From IMG/VR virus record IMGVR_UViG_3300009506_000039, positions 1 through 56,262 of that record: a DNA stretch of 56,262 bases. One strand, given 5' to 3'. Positions 37,788 to 47,053 of this stretch are shown here, in pieces. The DNA comes from a virus. Its lineage: Duplodnaviria > Caudoviricetes. The position numbers and the translations under genes were made by a program. The number at the start of each line of letters is the position of its first letter. Position 1 is the first letter of the stretch. Below the pieces are notes generated by a model. It searched no databases, was not told where the DNA came from, and saw only the letters and a list, made by a program, of their open reading frames with translations.

Positions 37788-38867
37788 ATGCCCAACAATA
37801 TACTGCACCCCGTAGGCGTCGATCTCGGGTACTGGGACGTGAAAGCGCGCAGCATGCGCCGTTTCTACTCTGGCCCGTCTTGCATCGGCACCCCAGATCA
37901 CGCGCGCTTTGCTGCAAGCTCTGCGCTCGACTATGGCGCGATCCGCTATGACGGACAAGAGTACTTTTGCGGAGACGTCGCGCTGACTCATAGTCGCAGC
38001 GTCACCCGATCGGAGGGACGCGATCGAGTCGGGCGCGACGAGTACCGCGTCTTGTTCTTGCACGCTCTGCATCAAATCATGCGACACATGCCCTCTGGCA
38101 GAAAGAACCCGACCGGGCAGCCTGGCCTATACAACCCGAACGGTCAGACGTCGATCTTGCTCGTGACCGGCTTGCCTGTGGCGTTCTATGAGGACGCTGA
38201 TCTCGACGCCGTCGAGACTGCGCTCTTTGGACAGCACATCATAACCGCAGCGAACGGGCGCGCGGGCGAGTCGAGAGAGCACACGATCAACGTCGTACCC
38301 GAGTCGCGGATCGTGCCGCAGCCGTTCGGCACGCTGTTCTCTCTGACACTCACGGACAAGGGTGAGTATTCTGATCAAGCGCACTTGCTCGACGAGCGCG
38401 TCGGCATCCTCGACATTGGCGGCAAGACGACGAACGTCCAGCTTGTCGAGAACGCCGCCGCTATGGAGGCGACGAGCACGTCGATCAATGCTGGCGCGTG
38501 GTCTGTCGTGCGCGCACTGTCGCCGCTCTTGACTCGGCGCTTTCCCAAGCTCGAACAGTCCGATCGCGTCTTGCGCGCCGCTTTGCGAGATCGACAAGTC
38601 AAGTACATGGGGACAATGTACAGCATTGCCGACGAGGTCTTGCAAGTCTCTGAGCCTCTGGCCGATCAGATCGCAGCTAAGGCCGACGAGTACTGGTCAG
38701 GCGGTGCAAGCTGCGATCACATCTTGATCACGGGCGGCGGCGCTCTGTTGATCGGGGAACTCGTCGCGCGCACGTTCGCTGACCACGGAAGCGTGCGGGT
38801 GGTCGAGGACGCGCAGAACGCCAACGCGGTCGGGTTCTATCGGTTCGCCCGCATGATCGCGGGCTGA
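37788..38867 (+). CDS. parM: ParM/StbA-family actin-like ATPase
   Basis: GVDLGYWDVK, VTGLPV, VPQPFG, ILDIGGKTTN, ITGGGA, NAVGF actin-fold motifs. Confidence 0.92.
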   Translation: MPNNILHPVGVDLGYWDVKARSMRRFYSGPSCIGTPDHARFAASSALDYGAIRYDGQEYFCGDVALTHSRSVTRSEGRDRVGRDEYRVLFLHALHQIMRHMPSGRKNPTGQPGLYNPNGQTSILLVTGLPVAFYEDADLDAVETALFGQHIITAANGRAGESREHTINVVPESRIVPQPFGTLFSLTLTDKGEYSDQAHLLDERVGILDIGGKTTNVQLVENAAAMEATSTSINAGAWSVVRALSPLLTRRFPKLEQSDRVLRAALRDRQVKYMGTMYSIADEVLQVSEPLADQIAAKADEYWSGGASCDHILITGGGALLIGELVARTFADHGSVRVVEDAQNANAVGFYRFARMIAG

Positions 38868-38911
38868 TTCCCATAGCTCATTATTGAGCCTCAACAAAGG
38901 AGACTTTTTCT

Positions 38912-39301
38912 ATGTTCGATCCACAAGACAGCATGGGCAGTACTCTCGAACGTCTCGCACGACTGCTCCAAAAGCAAAAAGAAAGAGAGACAGAGCTCTT
39001 GCAAGGCTCGATCGATATGCTCTCTGGCGTCGTTCGATCTGCGGCGACCACGGGCGCGATCGCGACAATCGCCGCCACGATCACGCGCGCACTTGCAGCG
39101 CTCTTGTCGTTCGGCCTGTTCGTGCTCTCTCTCTGGGGGCTGATCGTGCGCGACTTTGAGCGCGTGCCCTTTCGATGGCCGGGGATTGCTGCGCTCGTCG
39201 TGCTTGCGCTCTGCGCTCTGTTCTCGGGCTCCCTCTTTCTTGCGGGCGGCAAGCGCAAAGTCGACGAGGACGACGACGAGTCGAACGACGACGAGGCATA
39301 A
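38912..39301 (+). CDS. Membrane protein (2 TM, 129 aa)
   Basis: ALAALLSFGLFVLSLWGLIV and IAALVVLALCALFSGSLFL; acidic tail. Confidence 0.75.
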   Translation: MFDPQDSMGSTLERLARLLQKQKERETELLQGSIDMLSGVVRSAATTGAIATIAATITRALAALLSFGLFVLSLWGLIVRDFERVPFRWPGIAALVVLALCALFSGSLFLAGGKRKVDEDDDESNDDEA

Positions 39302-39304
39302 TCC

Positions 39305-39655
39305 ATGGCCTCGGTGTCTGTGACGTTCTCATACAACCCCGATCACTATCCCGAACTGCACGCTTGGCTTGAGGCAATGAGGGGTGACAAGTCGGCGCAG
39401 TGGCGACAGTTCATGACGGCGCATCTGACCGGCAAGGGTTGCTTGCAGTCAGAGGCGACGCTCGACTCAGAGCTTGAGACGTCGCCCGACTCGCACACAC
39501 TGCGAGACGTGCTTGAGACGGTGCAGCGCATAGAGGCAGAGCTCAAAGCAAGCAAGGGTGCATGGGTCGTGCGCGACGAGCAAGACGAACAAGTCGAGCC
39601 CGTCGTCTCAAAGGCGACGCGCGCCAACTTGTTATCACTTGGGAGACGATCATGA
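39305..39655 (+). CDS. Putative ParR/StbB-like ribbon-helix-helix adaptor
   Basis: N-terminal strand VSVTFSY then helices (ELHAWLEAM...KSAQWRQFM); C-terminal amphipathic tail RANLLSL; near parM. Confidence 0.5.
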   Translation: MASVSVTFSYNPDHYPELHAWLEAMRGDKSAQWRQFMTAHLTGKGCLQSEATLDSELETSPDSHTLRDVLETVQRIEAELKASKGAWVVRDEQDEQVEPVVSKATRANLLSLGRRS

Positions 39656-41076
39656 AACAGACAACCAAAGCGGCAATGAAAGCAGAGGCGCGCGCAAAGC
39701 ACTTGCACAAGCTCGCCGAGAACCTGACGCTTGCTGCGTACTCTGAAAGGCTGGGCAAGGGCGCGGCGATCTCTGACTTTTACGCGATCAATGGTCCGCG
39801 CTCTGGGGCGCTAGAGATCAGGGCTGGCTTTTCTGTGGGCGACATACGTGCTGCACTCGTCAAGAACGACGCCGCGATCTTGCGCAATCTGATCCCCTGG
39901 CAGTTCGGGGGCGATCCGTCTGTGTTCATGAACGGCGCGCTTTTGCGCGTCGAGGCTGCATGGCCCGCCGACTTGCAGGACACAGAGGTCTTGCTCTCTC
40001 GTCTCGGGTGGGGACCGCTTGGCAATGCCCGAACTGGTCAGCCGCGCGCGCCCCAGTACAGAGACGCCGAGACGTTCGCACATGATCACCAGTGGATCAC
40101 GGGGATCAATGAGAACGGCGGCACCTTGCTTGCAGCGCTCGACGACGTAACCCCGAACTGGCTACTTGCTGGACTGCCCGGCTCGGGTAAGTCGACTGCT
40201 CTGCAAGCTGCGGTGGTCGGGCTCACACGTCCGGGGACGAACGAACTGATCATGCTTGACGGCAAGTATGGTGCGAGCCTGCGCACTGTCGAGCACTTGA
40301 GCCCATGGGCGCTTGCGACAGAGATCGAGACTATGCGCGACGCGCTCGGCTATGCGTTCGAGGAAATGCAGCGCAGATACCGCAGCGGTCAGACTGTCGA
40401 CTCGACAGACGTGCCCCCGCGTCTCGTGATCGTCTTTGACGAGTTTCAAGACTACATGGCCGACGCTGTGATCTCTGCGCTCATGTCTCGTCTTGCGCGC
40501 ATGGGGCGGCAAGTGAACGTACACTTGATCATAGCCACGCAGCACCCAAGTCTTGAGGCGTTCGGGGGCGACACAGTCGCGCGCCGCTGCATATCAGGAC
40601 GCATGGCCTTGCGAGTCGCAGACCCGAAAGCCTCGGAGGTCGCGCTCGGCGTCACGCAGCCGCAAGCTCACAAGCTGCAAGGCAAGGGAGACATGATTGT
40701 CTTGACCCCGAACGCTTGCCACAGAGCTCAAGGCGTACTCTTGTTGCCGCGCGACGTCGAACTTGTCGGCGCGCCCTACGCCGATCGGATCGCGTTTCCC
40801 CAGTTCGACCCCGCAAGCCTTGAGGGGGACGAGACGAAAGAGACGCGCAGCGCATCGCGACGCCCGATCTGGAAACAAGAGGAAATCACAAGCGCGCTCT
40901 TGTCTGCGATCGCAGAGGAGGGGCGTGATAAACTGCGCGTGAGAGTAAAGGACGCGCTGGGCATGAGTCGCATGATCGGGGCGACTCGTGCACGCGCTTT
41001 GCTTGAACTTGGGCGTCAAGCCTGGGACGAGATCGCGGATAGTGACGAGCTCGCCCAGTACGTACAGTCACTATAA
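39652..41076 (+). CDS. FtsK/SpoIIIE (TraB-like) DNA translocase
   Basis: PNWLLAGLPGSGKS, MLDGK, EMQRRY, IVFDEF, LARMGR...LIIATQHP, LQGKGD; gamma-like C-terminus IGATRARALLE. Confidence 0.9.
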   Translation: MKQTTKAAMKAEARAKHLHKLAENLTLAAYSERLGKGAAISDFYAINGPRSGALEIRAGFSVGDIRAALVKNDAAILRNLIPWQFGGDPSVFMNGALLRVEAAWPADLQDTEVLLSRLGWGPLGNARTGQPRAPQYRDAETFAHDHQWITGINENGGTLLAALDDVTPNWLLAGLPGSGKSTALQAAVVGLTRPGTNELIMLDGKYGASLRTVEHLSPWALATEIETMRDALGYAFEEMQRRYRSGQTVDSTDVPPRLVIVFDEFQDYMADAVISALMSRLARMGRQVNVHLIIATQHPSLEAFGGDTVARRCISGRMALRVADPKASEVALGVTQPQAHKLQGKGDMIVLTPNACHRAQGVLLLPRDVELVGAPYADRIAFPQFDPASLEGDETKETRSASRRPIWKQEEITSALLSAIAEEGRDKLRVRVKDALGMSRMIGATRARALLELGRQAWDEIADSDELAQYVQSL

Positions 41077-41121
41077 AAGCCGAAGTGTGCCGCGCACACT
41101 CGCAGCAAAGGAGAACCCAAG

Positions 41122-41484
41122 ATGGAGTACATTATGATCGGGGGCGTAAAGACGCCCATAAGCCGCGGCGATCCCGAGATCGTCAAGCAAGGGATCAAAA
41201 CAAAGGGCCAGTCAAAGTACGCAGAATTGATCGCGGCCGTCTGCGCTCTGTCGCCGGGCGACAAAAGCCTCGACGTGAGACAGCCCACCAAGCGCAAGGG
41301 CATCTTGATCAGGAACACAGTCAACGGGTTGTCGAGCTTGCCCAAGGCCTCGACGTGCAAAGACAAGCGCAAGCTGGCATGGCCGCTTGTCGTCGTGACC
41401 TCCTGGGTGTCAGACGATCCCGACAACACCCCGGACGGGCCGGGTGTCTTGCGCATCTGGATGGACGAGCGCGACGACGACTAG
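41122..41484 (+). CDS. Hypothetical basic protein (120 aa)
   Basis: RBS AAAGGAG. Confidence 0.7.
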   Translation: MEYIMIGGVKTPISRGDPEIVKQGIKTKGQSKYAELIAAVCALSPGDKSLDVRQPTKRKGILIRNTVNGLSSLPKASTCKDKRKLAWPLVVVTSWVSDDPDNTPDGPGVLRIWMDERDDD

Positions 41485-41543
41485 TCGGGCGCCTGACTGC
41501 CTAGCAGTCGGCGTGCACTGCACACGTAAAAGGGGAGCAGAGC

Positions 41544-42077
41544 ATGATCAAGAGACGTGAACAAGACAGTCAGACAGACAAAGCGAAAGAGGCGAAAGCG
41601 CCAACTTCACCCCCGCACATGCACGACGGGGAGAGAGTGCGCGCGCTCCGAGAATGGATCGTGATCGTCGCGACTGGGATCGGCATCGTGCTCTTGATCA
41701 TGCTCGTCGTCTTGATCGGGCTGATCGTCTGGGATTATCTGTCAGACTTGCCCCGTCCAAAAGTTCAATGGTGGGCGCTCGGCTCGATCTTTCTCTTGCC
41801 GATCGCCTTTGGGTTCGGCGTCTTTCTGGGGACGCGTCTCGCAGACTATAGGCTCCGGTGGTTCACGTCTGACATGGATCGACTGTTCGGCACACTCGCC
41901 GCCGCTCTGTGGAAAGCGGGGACAGAAGCCTCAGACGTGCGCATATACGGGGCAGAGCGTATGCTCACGGGTTGGGAACAAAGGGGATCGCAAGAGATCG
42001 ACCTGGGCGACAAAGTGCACGGCATGCCGCGCTTTCACTCGGCGACAGACAGTCAAGAGCCGCCCACACAAGCATAG
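41544..42077 (+). CDS. Membrane protein (2 TM, 177 aa)
   Basis: WIVIVATGIGIVLLIMLVVLIGLIVW and WWALGSIFLLPIAFGFGVFLG. Confidence 0.8.
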   Translation: MIKRREQDSQTDKAKEAKAPTSPPHMHDGERVRALREWIVIVATGIGIVLLIMLVVLIGLIVWDYLSDLPRPKVQWWALGSIFLLPIAFGFGVFLGTRLADYRLRWFTSDMDRLFGTLAAALWKAGTEASDVRIYGAERMLTGWEQRGSQEIDLGDKVHGMPRFHSATDSQEPPTQA

Positions 42078-42087
42078 GGAGGAAAAC

Positions 42088-42690
42088 ATGAACAAAGCAA
42101 AAAGTGTGCTCTTTGTAATATGTGCACTCGTCGTCGTCACAGCCGGGATCGTGCTCTCGTCGACTGGCTGTCAAGTCGCAATCGAGAAAGAGCGCACAGC
42201 ACAAGAGCGCGCACAAGCTGCACAGCTTGAGGCGCTTGCTCGACAGACTGAGGCGATCGTCGAGCCCCAGATCATACGCTCTGAGGCCGATGCAGAGATC
42301 GATCTCTTTCTTGCTCGTGCGGGGGAGGCGCGCGATCAAGCTGTGCTCGACGCGTTTCTTGAGCTCACGCTTGAGCCTGTACGCCGCCGACAGTCTTGGC
42401 GCTTTCTCTTTCAAGTGATCTTGCCCGTCTCTCTGTTCGTTATCGGCATGATCGGCTTGCAAGCACTCGGGAGCGATGCGATCAAGACTCTCAGAGAGTA
42501 CGTGGGCGCATGCGCCCGTCAGGAAGGCACTAGAGCTTTTGAGTGCAAGACGACGTCACAAGATCGGGGGATTCGGCGCTCTGCGGGCGTTTCTGTCACG
42601 TTTCACACGTCGAGCGGCCCCGAGCTCTGGGGCGTCGAGACAGACGACGACACGCAAGAGCTCCACATACCGGGGCTTGAGCGCATTTGA
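42088..42690 (+). CDS. Membrane protein with TM-coiled coil-TM (200 aa)
   Basis: RBS GGAGG; VLFVICALVVVTAGIVL; Ala/Glu/Gln coil; VILPVSLFVIGMIGL. Confidence 0.75.
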   Translation: MNKAKSVLFVICALVVVTAGIVLSSTGCQVAIEKERTAQERAQAAQLEALARQTEAIVEPQIIRSEADAEIDLFLARAGEARDQAVLDAFLELTLEPVRRRQSWRFLFQVILPVSLFVIGMIGLQALGSDAIKTLREYVGACARQEGTRAFECKTTSQDRGIRRSAGVSVTFHTSSGPELWGVETDDDTQELHIPGLERI

Positions 42691-42694
42691 CACA

Positions 42695-42737
42695 AAGAGA
42701 GCGCACAGAGTATACAAACCTCTGGCGCTCTCTTTTT
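42695..42737 (+). terminator. Intrinsic terminator ending the partition island
   Basis: AAGAGAGCGC-CAGAG...CTCTG-GCGCTCTCTT followed by T run. Confidence 0.75.
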
Positions 42738-42764
42738 CTATGGAACCTGAAAGAATGAAAAACG

Positions 42765-43073
42765 TTACTCGTCGAGCTTGTCGTCGTCGATCACGCGCTC
42801 GTCAAAGTGTGACGAGAGCTCGAACTCAAGATCGGGGCTGCGCTTTGTCGAGCAGTGCAAGAGCACTGCGAACTTGACCCATGTCTCAGTGTTCATGCAC
42901 AAGCGCCCACACATGCCCCCGTCCTGATATACAGTCACATGAGTGTGAGTCGTGTTTTGCTCTGTGATGTAAAAGACGAGCTTGGGACGACTGCGCCCAG
43001 ACAAGAGCGGATCAACGCTTGAGTCGAGAGCCCCGATCATCGTTGCTATGTCAGTGTACAATCGCCAAGTCAT
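42765..43073 (-). CDS. Hypothetical protein
   Basis: RBS GGAGG; ATGA overlap. Confidence 0.6.
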   Translation of the reverse strand: MTWRLYTDIATMIGALDSSVDPLLSGRSRPKLVFYITEQNTTHTHVTVYQDGGMCGRLCMNTETWVKFAVLLHCSTKRSPDLEFELSSHFDERVIDDDKLDE

Positions 43074-43693
43074 TTGTCCCTCCCGATCTCGATCTCGAAC
43101 TCGACGGGCATGCGCTCTTGATCGCCCGCGTCCTCGGGTACGCGCAAGTACAAGCTGCACGTCATGCCGAGAGCGTCAAAGACGCCCGTCCCGTCGTCTC
43201 TGAGGATTGCGAACTCTGCGCGATCACGCGGGCCGCACTTGTCGTGCAAGTCTGCACGCCCGGCGACTTGCACCTCTCGCAAGTCTGCGAACTTGAGACG
43301 CCCAACCGCGTGCACTGCGCTTGCATACACTCGCATGAACTCTTGCAGCAAGAGCGCGCGCTCGTCTGTCGTCTCTGTCGTGCGCACGTCCAGGCGTGTG
43401 TACGTCTGCCCGAGTGCGCCTAACCCCCTGCGGCTCACAAAGTCGCCCGTCTCATTCTTGCTCACGAGCCAGAACGCATGTAAGCTGTCGTCGATCTCGT
43501 GACGACTCACGGGTCGCCCAGACAGAGCGGCCATGCTCGTGCGCCCAGTACTCGGCAAGTCGATCTCGCCCGAGATCGTGATCTCGCGGTAGCCGACTCT
43601 GATCGAGAGCGTCATGCGCTTGTACTCCGTGACGTACTCGTGCAGTGTGTACGTGCGCTCATAAAAAGACGTCTGCCTCTGTGTGTGTTTCAC
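43070..43693 (-). CDS. Hypothetical protein (207 aa)
   Basis: RBS AAGGAGG; GTGA overlap. Confidence 0.7.
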   Translation of the reverse strand: MKHTQRQTSFYERTYTLHEYVTEYKRMTLSIRVGYREITISGEIDLPSTGRTSMAALSGRPVSRHEIDDSLHAFWLVSKNETGDFVSRRGLGALGQTYTRLDVRTTETTDERALLLQEFMRVYASAVHAVGRLKFADLREVQVAGRADLHDKCGPRDRAEFAILRDDGTGVFDALGMTCSLYLRVPEDAGDQERMPVEFEIEIGRDK

Positions 43694-44178
43694 TCTTTCG
43701 CCTCCTTACTGCTCAAGTCGACTCTTTGCTCGACGAACTCAAGAAACCCGATCACGTCTTGCTTGCTTGTGTATCCCGATCGGGGCATTGCAAGTGCCCA
43801 CGCTAGATCGTCGAGCTCGATCAGCTTGATCTCGCAAAAGTCGCGCAGCCCGTATGCTATGCTCTCATACCAGCTTCCGTGCTGTGGGGGCGTCTCAAGC
43901 TGTGCTTTCGCTCTCATGTACGCGCTCACGAACTCGGGCGACGGCGTGATCTTGCTGCGCTCGACCCATCCCTTGCCATCGCACTCATTGCACTTGCCGA
44001 GATTGTCTGCGCAAAAGTCGCACACGCCCGAGCCCCCGCACTCGTCGCAGTCTGCGCCCATCTTGTCTTGCCCGATCCCGTTGCACTCTTGACAATCGCC
44101 CGTCCCTGCGCACTCGGGGCACTTGCCATCACCGTCGCAATTGTCACATCGCTTTTGCCACTTGCGATCGTTGCTCAT
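43690..44178 (-). CDS. DnaJ-type zinc-finger repeat protein
   Basis: CDNCDGDG, CPECAGTG, CQECNGIG, CDECGGSG, CDFC, CNECDGKG. Confidence 0.8.
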   Translation of the reverse strand: MSNDRKWQKRCDNCDGDGKCPECAGTGDCQECNGIGQDKMGADCDECGGSGVCDFCADNLGKCNECDGKGWVERSKITPSPEFVSAYMRAKAQLETPPQHGSWYESIAYGLRDFCEIKLIELDDLAWALAMPRSGYTSKQDVIGFLEFVEQRVDLSSKEAKE

Positions 44179-44238
44179 TCTGATCTCCTCTCAGAGAGCG
44201 CGCGCTCTCTGTGCTGCGCGCGCTCTCGTTCTCGACTT

Positions 44239-45828
44239 TTAGTTCCAATTGATCTTTTGCTCTTTGAGCTCGGCAAGTTCGTCGGCAAGTTCGTCGCGCA
44301 AGTCGTCGACGAGCTCGTCAGTGCGAACGTCGACAGAGAACGGACGCCACGGACCCGCCCAACCCTGCGCGCTCTGCACGTGCGCGATAAAGTCGTCTTT
44401 CTCTGGATCGTCCTCAAGCTCTCTGTACTTGTCGTCGTCTCTGTGCGACTCTGCGATCCTCAGGATCGCAGTTCTGACGTCTGCCTCAAATTGCTCCTTG
44501 AGCTCTTGCAAGCGCTCGAACTCTGCCTTTAGTGCAGCATAGTCGTCATTCTCGTCGAGTACGTCGTCGACAAGCTCGTCGGCTGCGCGTCCACTGTCTG
44601 GCTTGCACTCGTCGCGCAGAGCAGAGACAATCGTCTCGAACGGCAGTGCGCGGAGCACTGCCTCTGCGATCAATTTGTAGTACCAGCGGGTGGGCAAGCT
44701 CTCAACCTCAAACCCCTTGGGCATGCTGTCAGAGAGATCGAGCTCGTCGTGCACGTGCCCGCACGCTTTGCACGTGTGCTGCCCGGCCAGAGCAAAGGGA
44801 GCGGTGGCGAACTCATAACGCGGGCCGGACCCTATCACGATCCACGACTCCCCGCACTGCTCACAAGTCGCAGTGTATAGCGCGTGCTCGTCTGCCCAAG
44901 TCTGATATCCCTTGTTCGAGACTTTGACAGAGTACGCGGCGCGCGCCCACTTGGGGGCAGCGGTCGCAAGCATCTTGCTCCCGTCGTCTCTCGTCTCGGC
45001 AAAGCTCTCGGGCTCGACGCCGACGCGCACGTCGATCACGTGCGGGGTGTAACGTCTGATCTGTTCTGCGAACGTCGGCGCGATCACGCTCTCGCCGTCG
45101 CAGTCATAATCAGAGATCGTCAAGCACAAGATCGGGCGCTCTCTAGTCACATACGGCATGCGCCCGTTCTCTGTCAAAGTGAACGCAGAGCGGAGCGCTT
45201 TCTCTGTCGCAGCGCGCCCCATCTTGCCTTTGCCCGAGACGAGCAGAGCGGCCCCGGTTGCTTGCGCGGCAGTGCGAAAGTCTTGGAACAGGCTGTCTTT
45301 TTCGACGCACAAGACGAGGTTGAGCCCCTGAAAGAGTCGATCATAGAATCGCTCGATCATTCTTGACGCGTCCTCGACCCACAAGTCTTTGTATGTGAGC
45401 CCCTGATCGACGAGCCCCCCGTAAGCGTCCGACTGTCGCCCGTTCCACAGACGATCATTGTACTCTCGCACGCCCTGACTGTTGATCTCATAATCGCCGA
45501 GCAAGTCTGCAAGGGGCTGTGCAATCTCTGCCTTAAAGTACGCGTACCAGTGGCGGCGGAGCGCTTTGAGCTCGTGATCGCCCTCTGGCCCGCCCTGCTC
45601 GTCAAAGATCGCCATTTGACAGACGACGGCGGCGCGACAGACGGCGGCACGAGAAAAGCCGGGCAACGTCTCAAGCGCTGCGCTCAAGTCGGGGTCGCGC
45701 AAGACCTCAGCCACGGGGTTTGCGTCTCGCGGCAGTCTTTTCGTGCTGTAGCCCGCATGGTGCACGAGCGCTGCGCCGAACTCGTCAAGATAATCCGTCC
45801 ATCGGGTTCCACTCTGCGTGTGTCTCAT
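44239..45828 (-). CDS. Topoisomerase VI-A/Spo11-like Toprim protein with zinc-ribbon insert
   Basis: LRRHWYAY (putative catalytic Tyr region), LCVEKDSLF, VSGKG, ISDYDCDG (DxD); CEQC...CKAC. Confidence 0.7.
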   Translation of the reverse strand: MRHTQSGTRWTDYLDEFGAALVHHAGYSTKRLPRDANPVAEVLRDPDLSAALETLPGFSRAAVCRAAVVCQMAIFDEQGGPEGDHELKALRRHWYAYFKAEIAQPLADLLGDYEINSQGVREYNDRLWNGRQSDAYGGLVDQGLTYKDLWVEDASRMIERFYDRLFQGLNLVLCVEKDSLFQDFRTAAQATGAALLVSGKGKMGRAATEKALRSAFTLTENGRMPYVTRERPILCLTISDYDCDGESVIAPTFAEQIRRYTPHVIDVRVGVEPESFAETRDDGSKMLATAAPKWARAAYSVKVSNKGYQTWADEHALYTATCEQCGESWIVIGSGPRYEFATAPFALAGQHTCKACGHVHDELDLSDSMPKGFEVESLPTRWYYKLIAEAVLRALPFETIVSALRDECKPDSGRAADELVDDVLDENDDYAALKAEFERLQELKEQFEADVRTAILRIAESHRDDDKYRELEDDPEKDDFIAHVQSAQGWAGPWRPFSVDVRTDELVDDLRDELADELAELKEQKINWN

Positions 45829-45913
45829 TGATCTCTCTTTCTGCGCCCGTGCTCTGCACGGCTGCGAGTGTGAGCGCGCGCACTTTGAGACGTCGTGCGC
45901 GCGCTCGTGTTTG

Positions 45914-46225
45914 CTAGTCGATCTTGACGTATACTTGACGAGCAAGGATCGTGTGCTCGTGCGCGATCTCGCGGTTTGGCTGGCGCGAGTCGAGATCAAG
46001 GGTAAAGACTTTGAGCTCATACGCTTGCAGAGCGATCAAGTCCCAGAGCGCGCCCAGACTCAAGTACTCGTCGATCAAGTCTGCGAGTCGTGCGGCTGCG
46101 GCGTCGAGCACGTCGTCTGTACTCTCGACGCGCTCGTCAAAAGAGACGGTCCACTCGATCTTGATCTCTTGCACTCTGGGGGCGCTCTCTCTGCATACTG
46201 TGTGCTCGGCTCGAACTGTCAACAT
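45914..46225 (-). CDS. Hypothetical protein (103 aa)
   Basis: AGAAAGAGAG leader. Confidence 0.7.
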   Translation of the reverse strand: MLTVRAEHTVCRESAPRVQEIKIEWTVSFDERVESTDDVLDAAAARLADLIDEYLSLGALWDLIALQAYELKVFTLDLDSRQPNREIAHEHTILARQVYVKID

Positions 46226-46290
46226 GTGCTTGCTCTCTTTCTGAGAGCGCGCGCTCGTGTAAGCTGCGCGCGCTCTCGATTGCGTCGACT

Positions 46291-46791
46291 TTACAGAAAG
46301 GCGACGGGCTCGTCGTTCTCAAAGTTCAGATCAAAGAGCGCGATCTCGTTCGTCAAGCGCTCGACGTGCGCTTTGTGCTCTTGTATCTTGCGCAGAGCTT
46401 GAGGGCTCAAGCGCACGACTGCGGCGTCTGTCGAGTTCAAGTACTGGTGGGTGCGGCTCGTGCGTGCTAGTCTCAAGCGCTCGATTGCGGCGCTGTGCAG
46501 CTTGCGCGCAGCGTGCAGCCCTTCCCATGTCGACTCGTCGAGCTCTGACTCAAAAGTGACGCTCACGTCGAGCGTGTACGTGGTCGGTCCCCCGTATGAG
46601 TTCTCACGGTGGCGGCTGATCTCGACAATCTCGGCGCTCTGCGAGAGCTCGAACGCGCGCGCGGCGATCTCGACGTCGTCGTCGAGTGCAAGCGCAAGCT
46701 CGACGTCGATCTCAAAGTACATGCGGTGCTCGTCGGAAAACGCGGCTTCTGGGACTGTGCTCGTGACTGTGAGACTTGCTTGCTTTTGCAT
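46291..46791 (-). CDS. Hypothetical protein (166 aa)
   Basis: First gene after class A promoter; AGAAAGAGAG leader. Confidence 0.75.
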   Translation of the reverse strand: MQKQASLTVTSTVPEAAFSDEHRMYFEIDVELALALDDDVEIAARAFELSQSAEIVEISRHRENSYGGPTTYTLDVSVTFESELDESTWEGLHAARKLHSAAIERLRLARTSRTHQYLNSTDAAVVRLSPQALRKIQEHKAHVERLTNEIALFDLNFENDEPVAFL

Positions 46792-46838
46792 CTTGTGTGC
46801 TCTCTTTCTGTGTGTGTGTGCGCTCTCTCATATGGTAC

Positions 46839-46873
46839 GACTAGATTATATCACGCCGCAGAAAGTGTGTCAA
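46839..46873 (-). promoter_or_regulatory. Early promoter class A, copy 3
   Basis: Minus strand TTGACA-17-TATAAT; GACTAGATTATATCA. Confidence 0.85.
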
Positions 46874-46993
46874 GAGGCACTTTTCTGCAATGATACAGAA
46901 CGATGCACGAACGATGTATAATGATACATACCGAACGCACGACTTTTGCGTCTTTTTCGAGCTCGGCACAATTGACTTTTGCTCGACGCACAA

Positions 46994-47039
46994 AAAAAGC
47001 GCAGACTTTGACGAAAAGCTCACAAAGTCTGCGCTTTTT
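46994..47039. terminator. Intrinsic terminator
   Basis: 17-bp stem AAAAAGCGCAGACTTTG...CAAAGTCTGCGCTTTTT. Confidence 0.85.
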
Positions 47040-47053
47040 GCGCTATGCGCTCA

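Noticed and set aside
39652-41076. Type VII secretion ATPase
   Set aside because: Single ATPase domain with a gamma-like DNA-binding tail; no WXG100 substrates recognised
42687-42716. Promoter TTGACA-18-TATACA
   Set aside because: Overlaps the terminator stem and points into convergent genes; more simply part of the terminator, though an antisense promoter is possible
46809-46820. (TG)6 microsatellite as a phase-variation site
   Set aside because: Short, in an untranslated leader, and consistent with the genome's alternating-base bias
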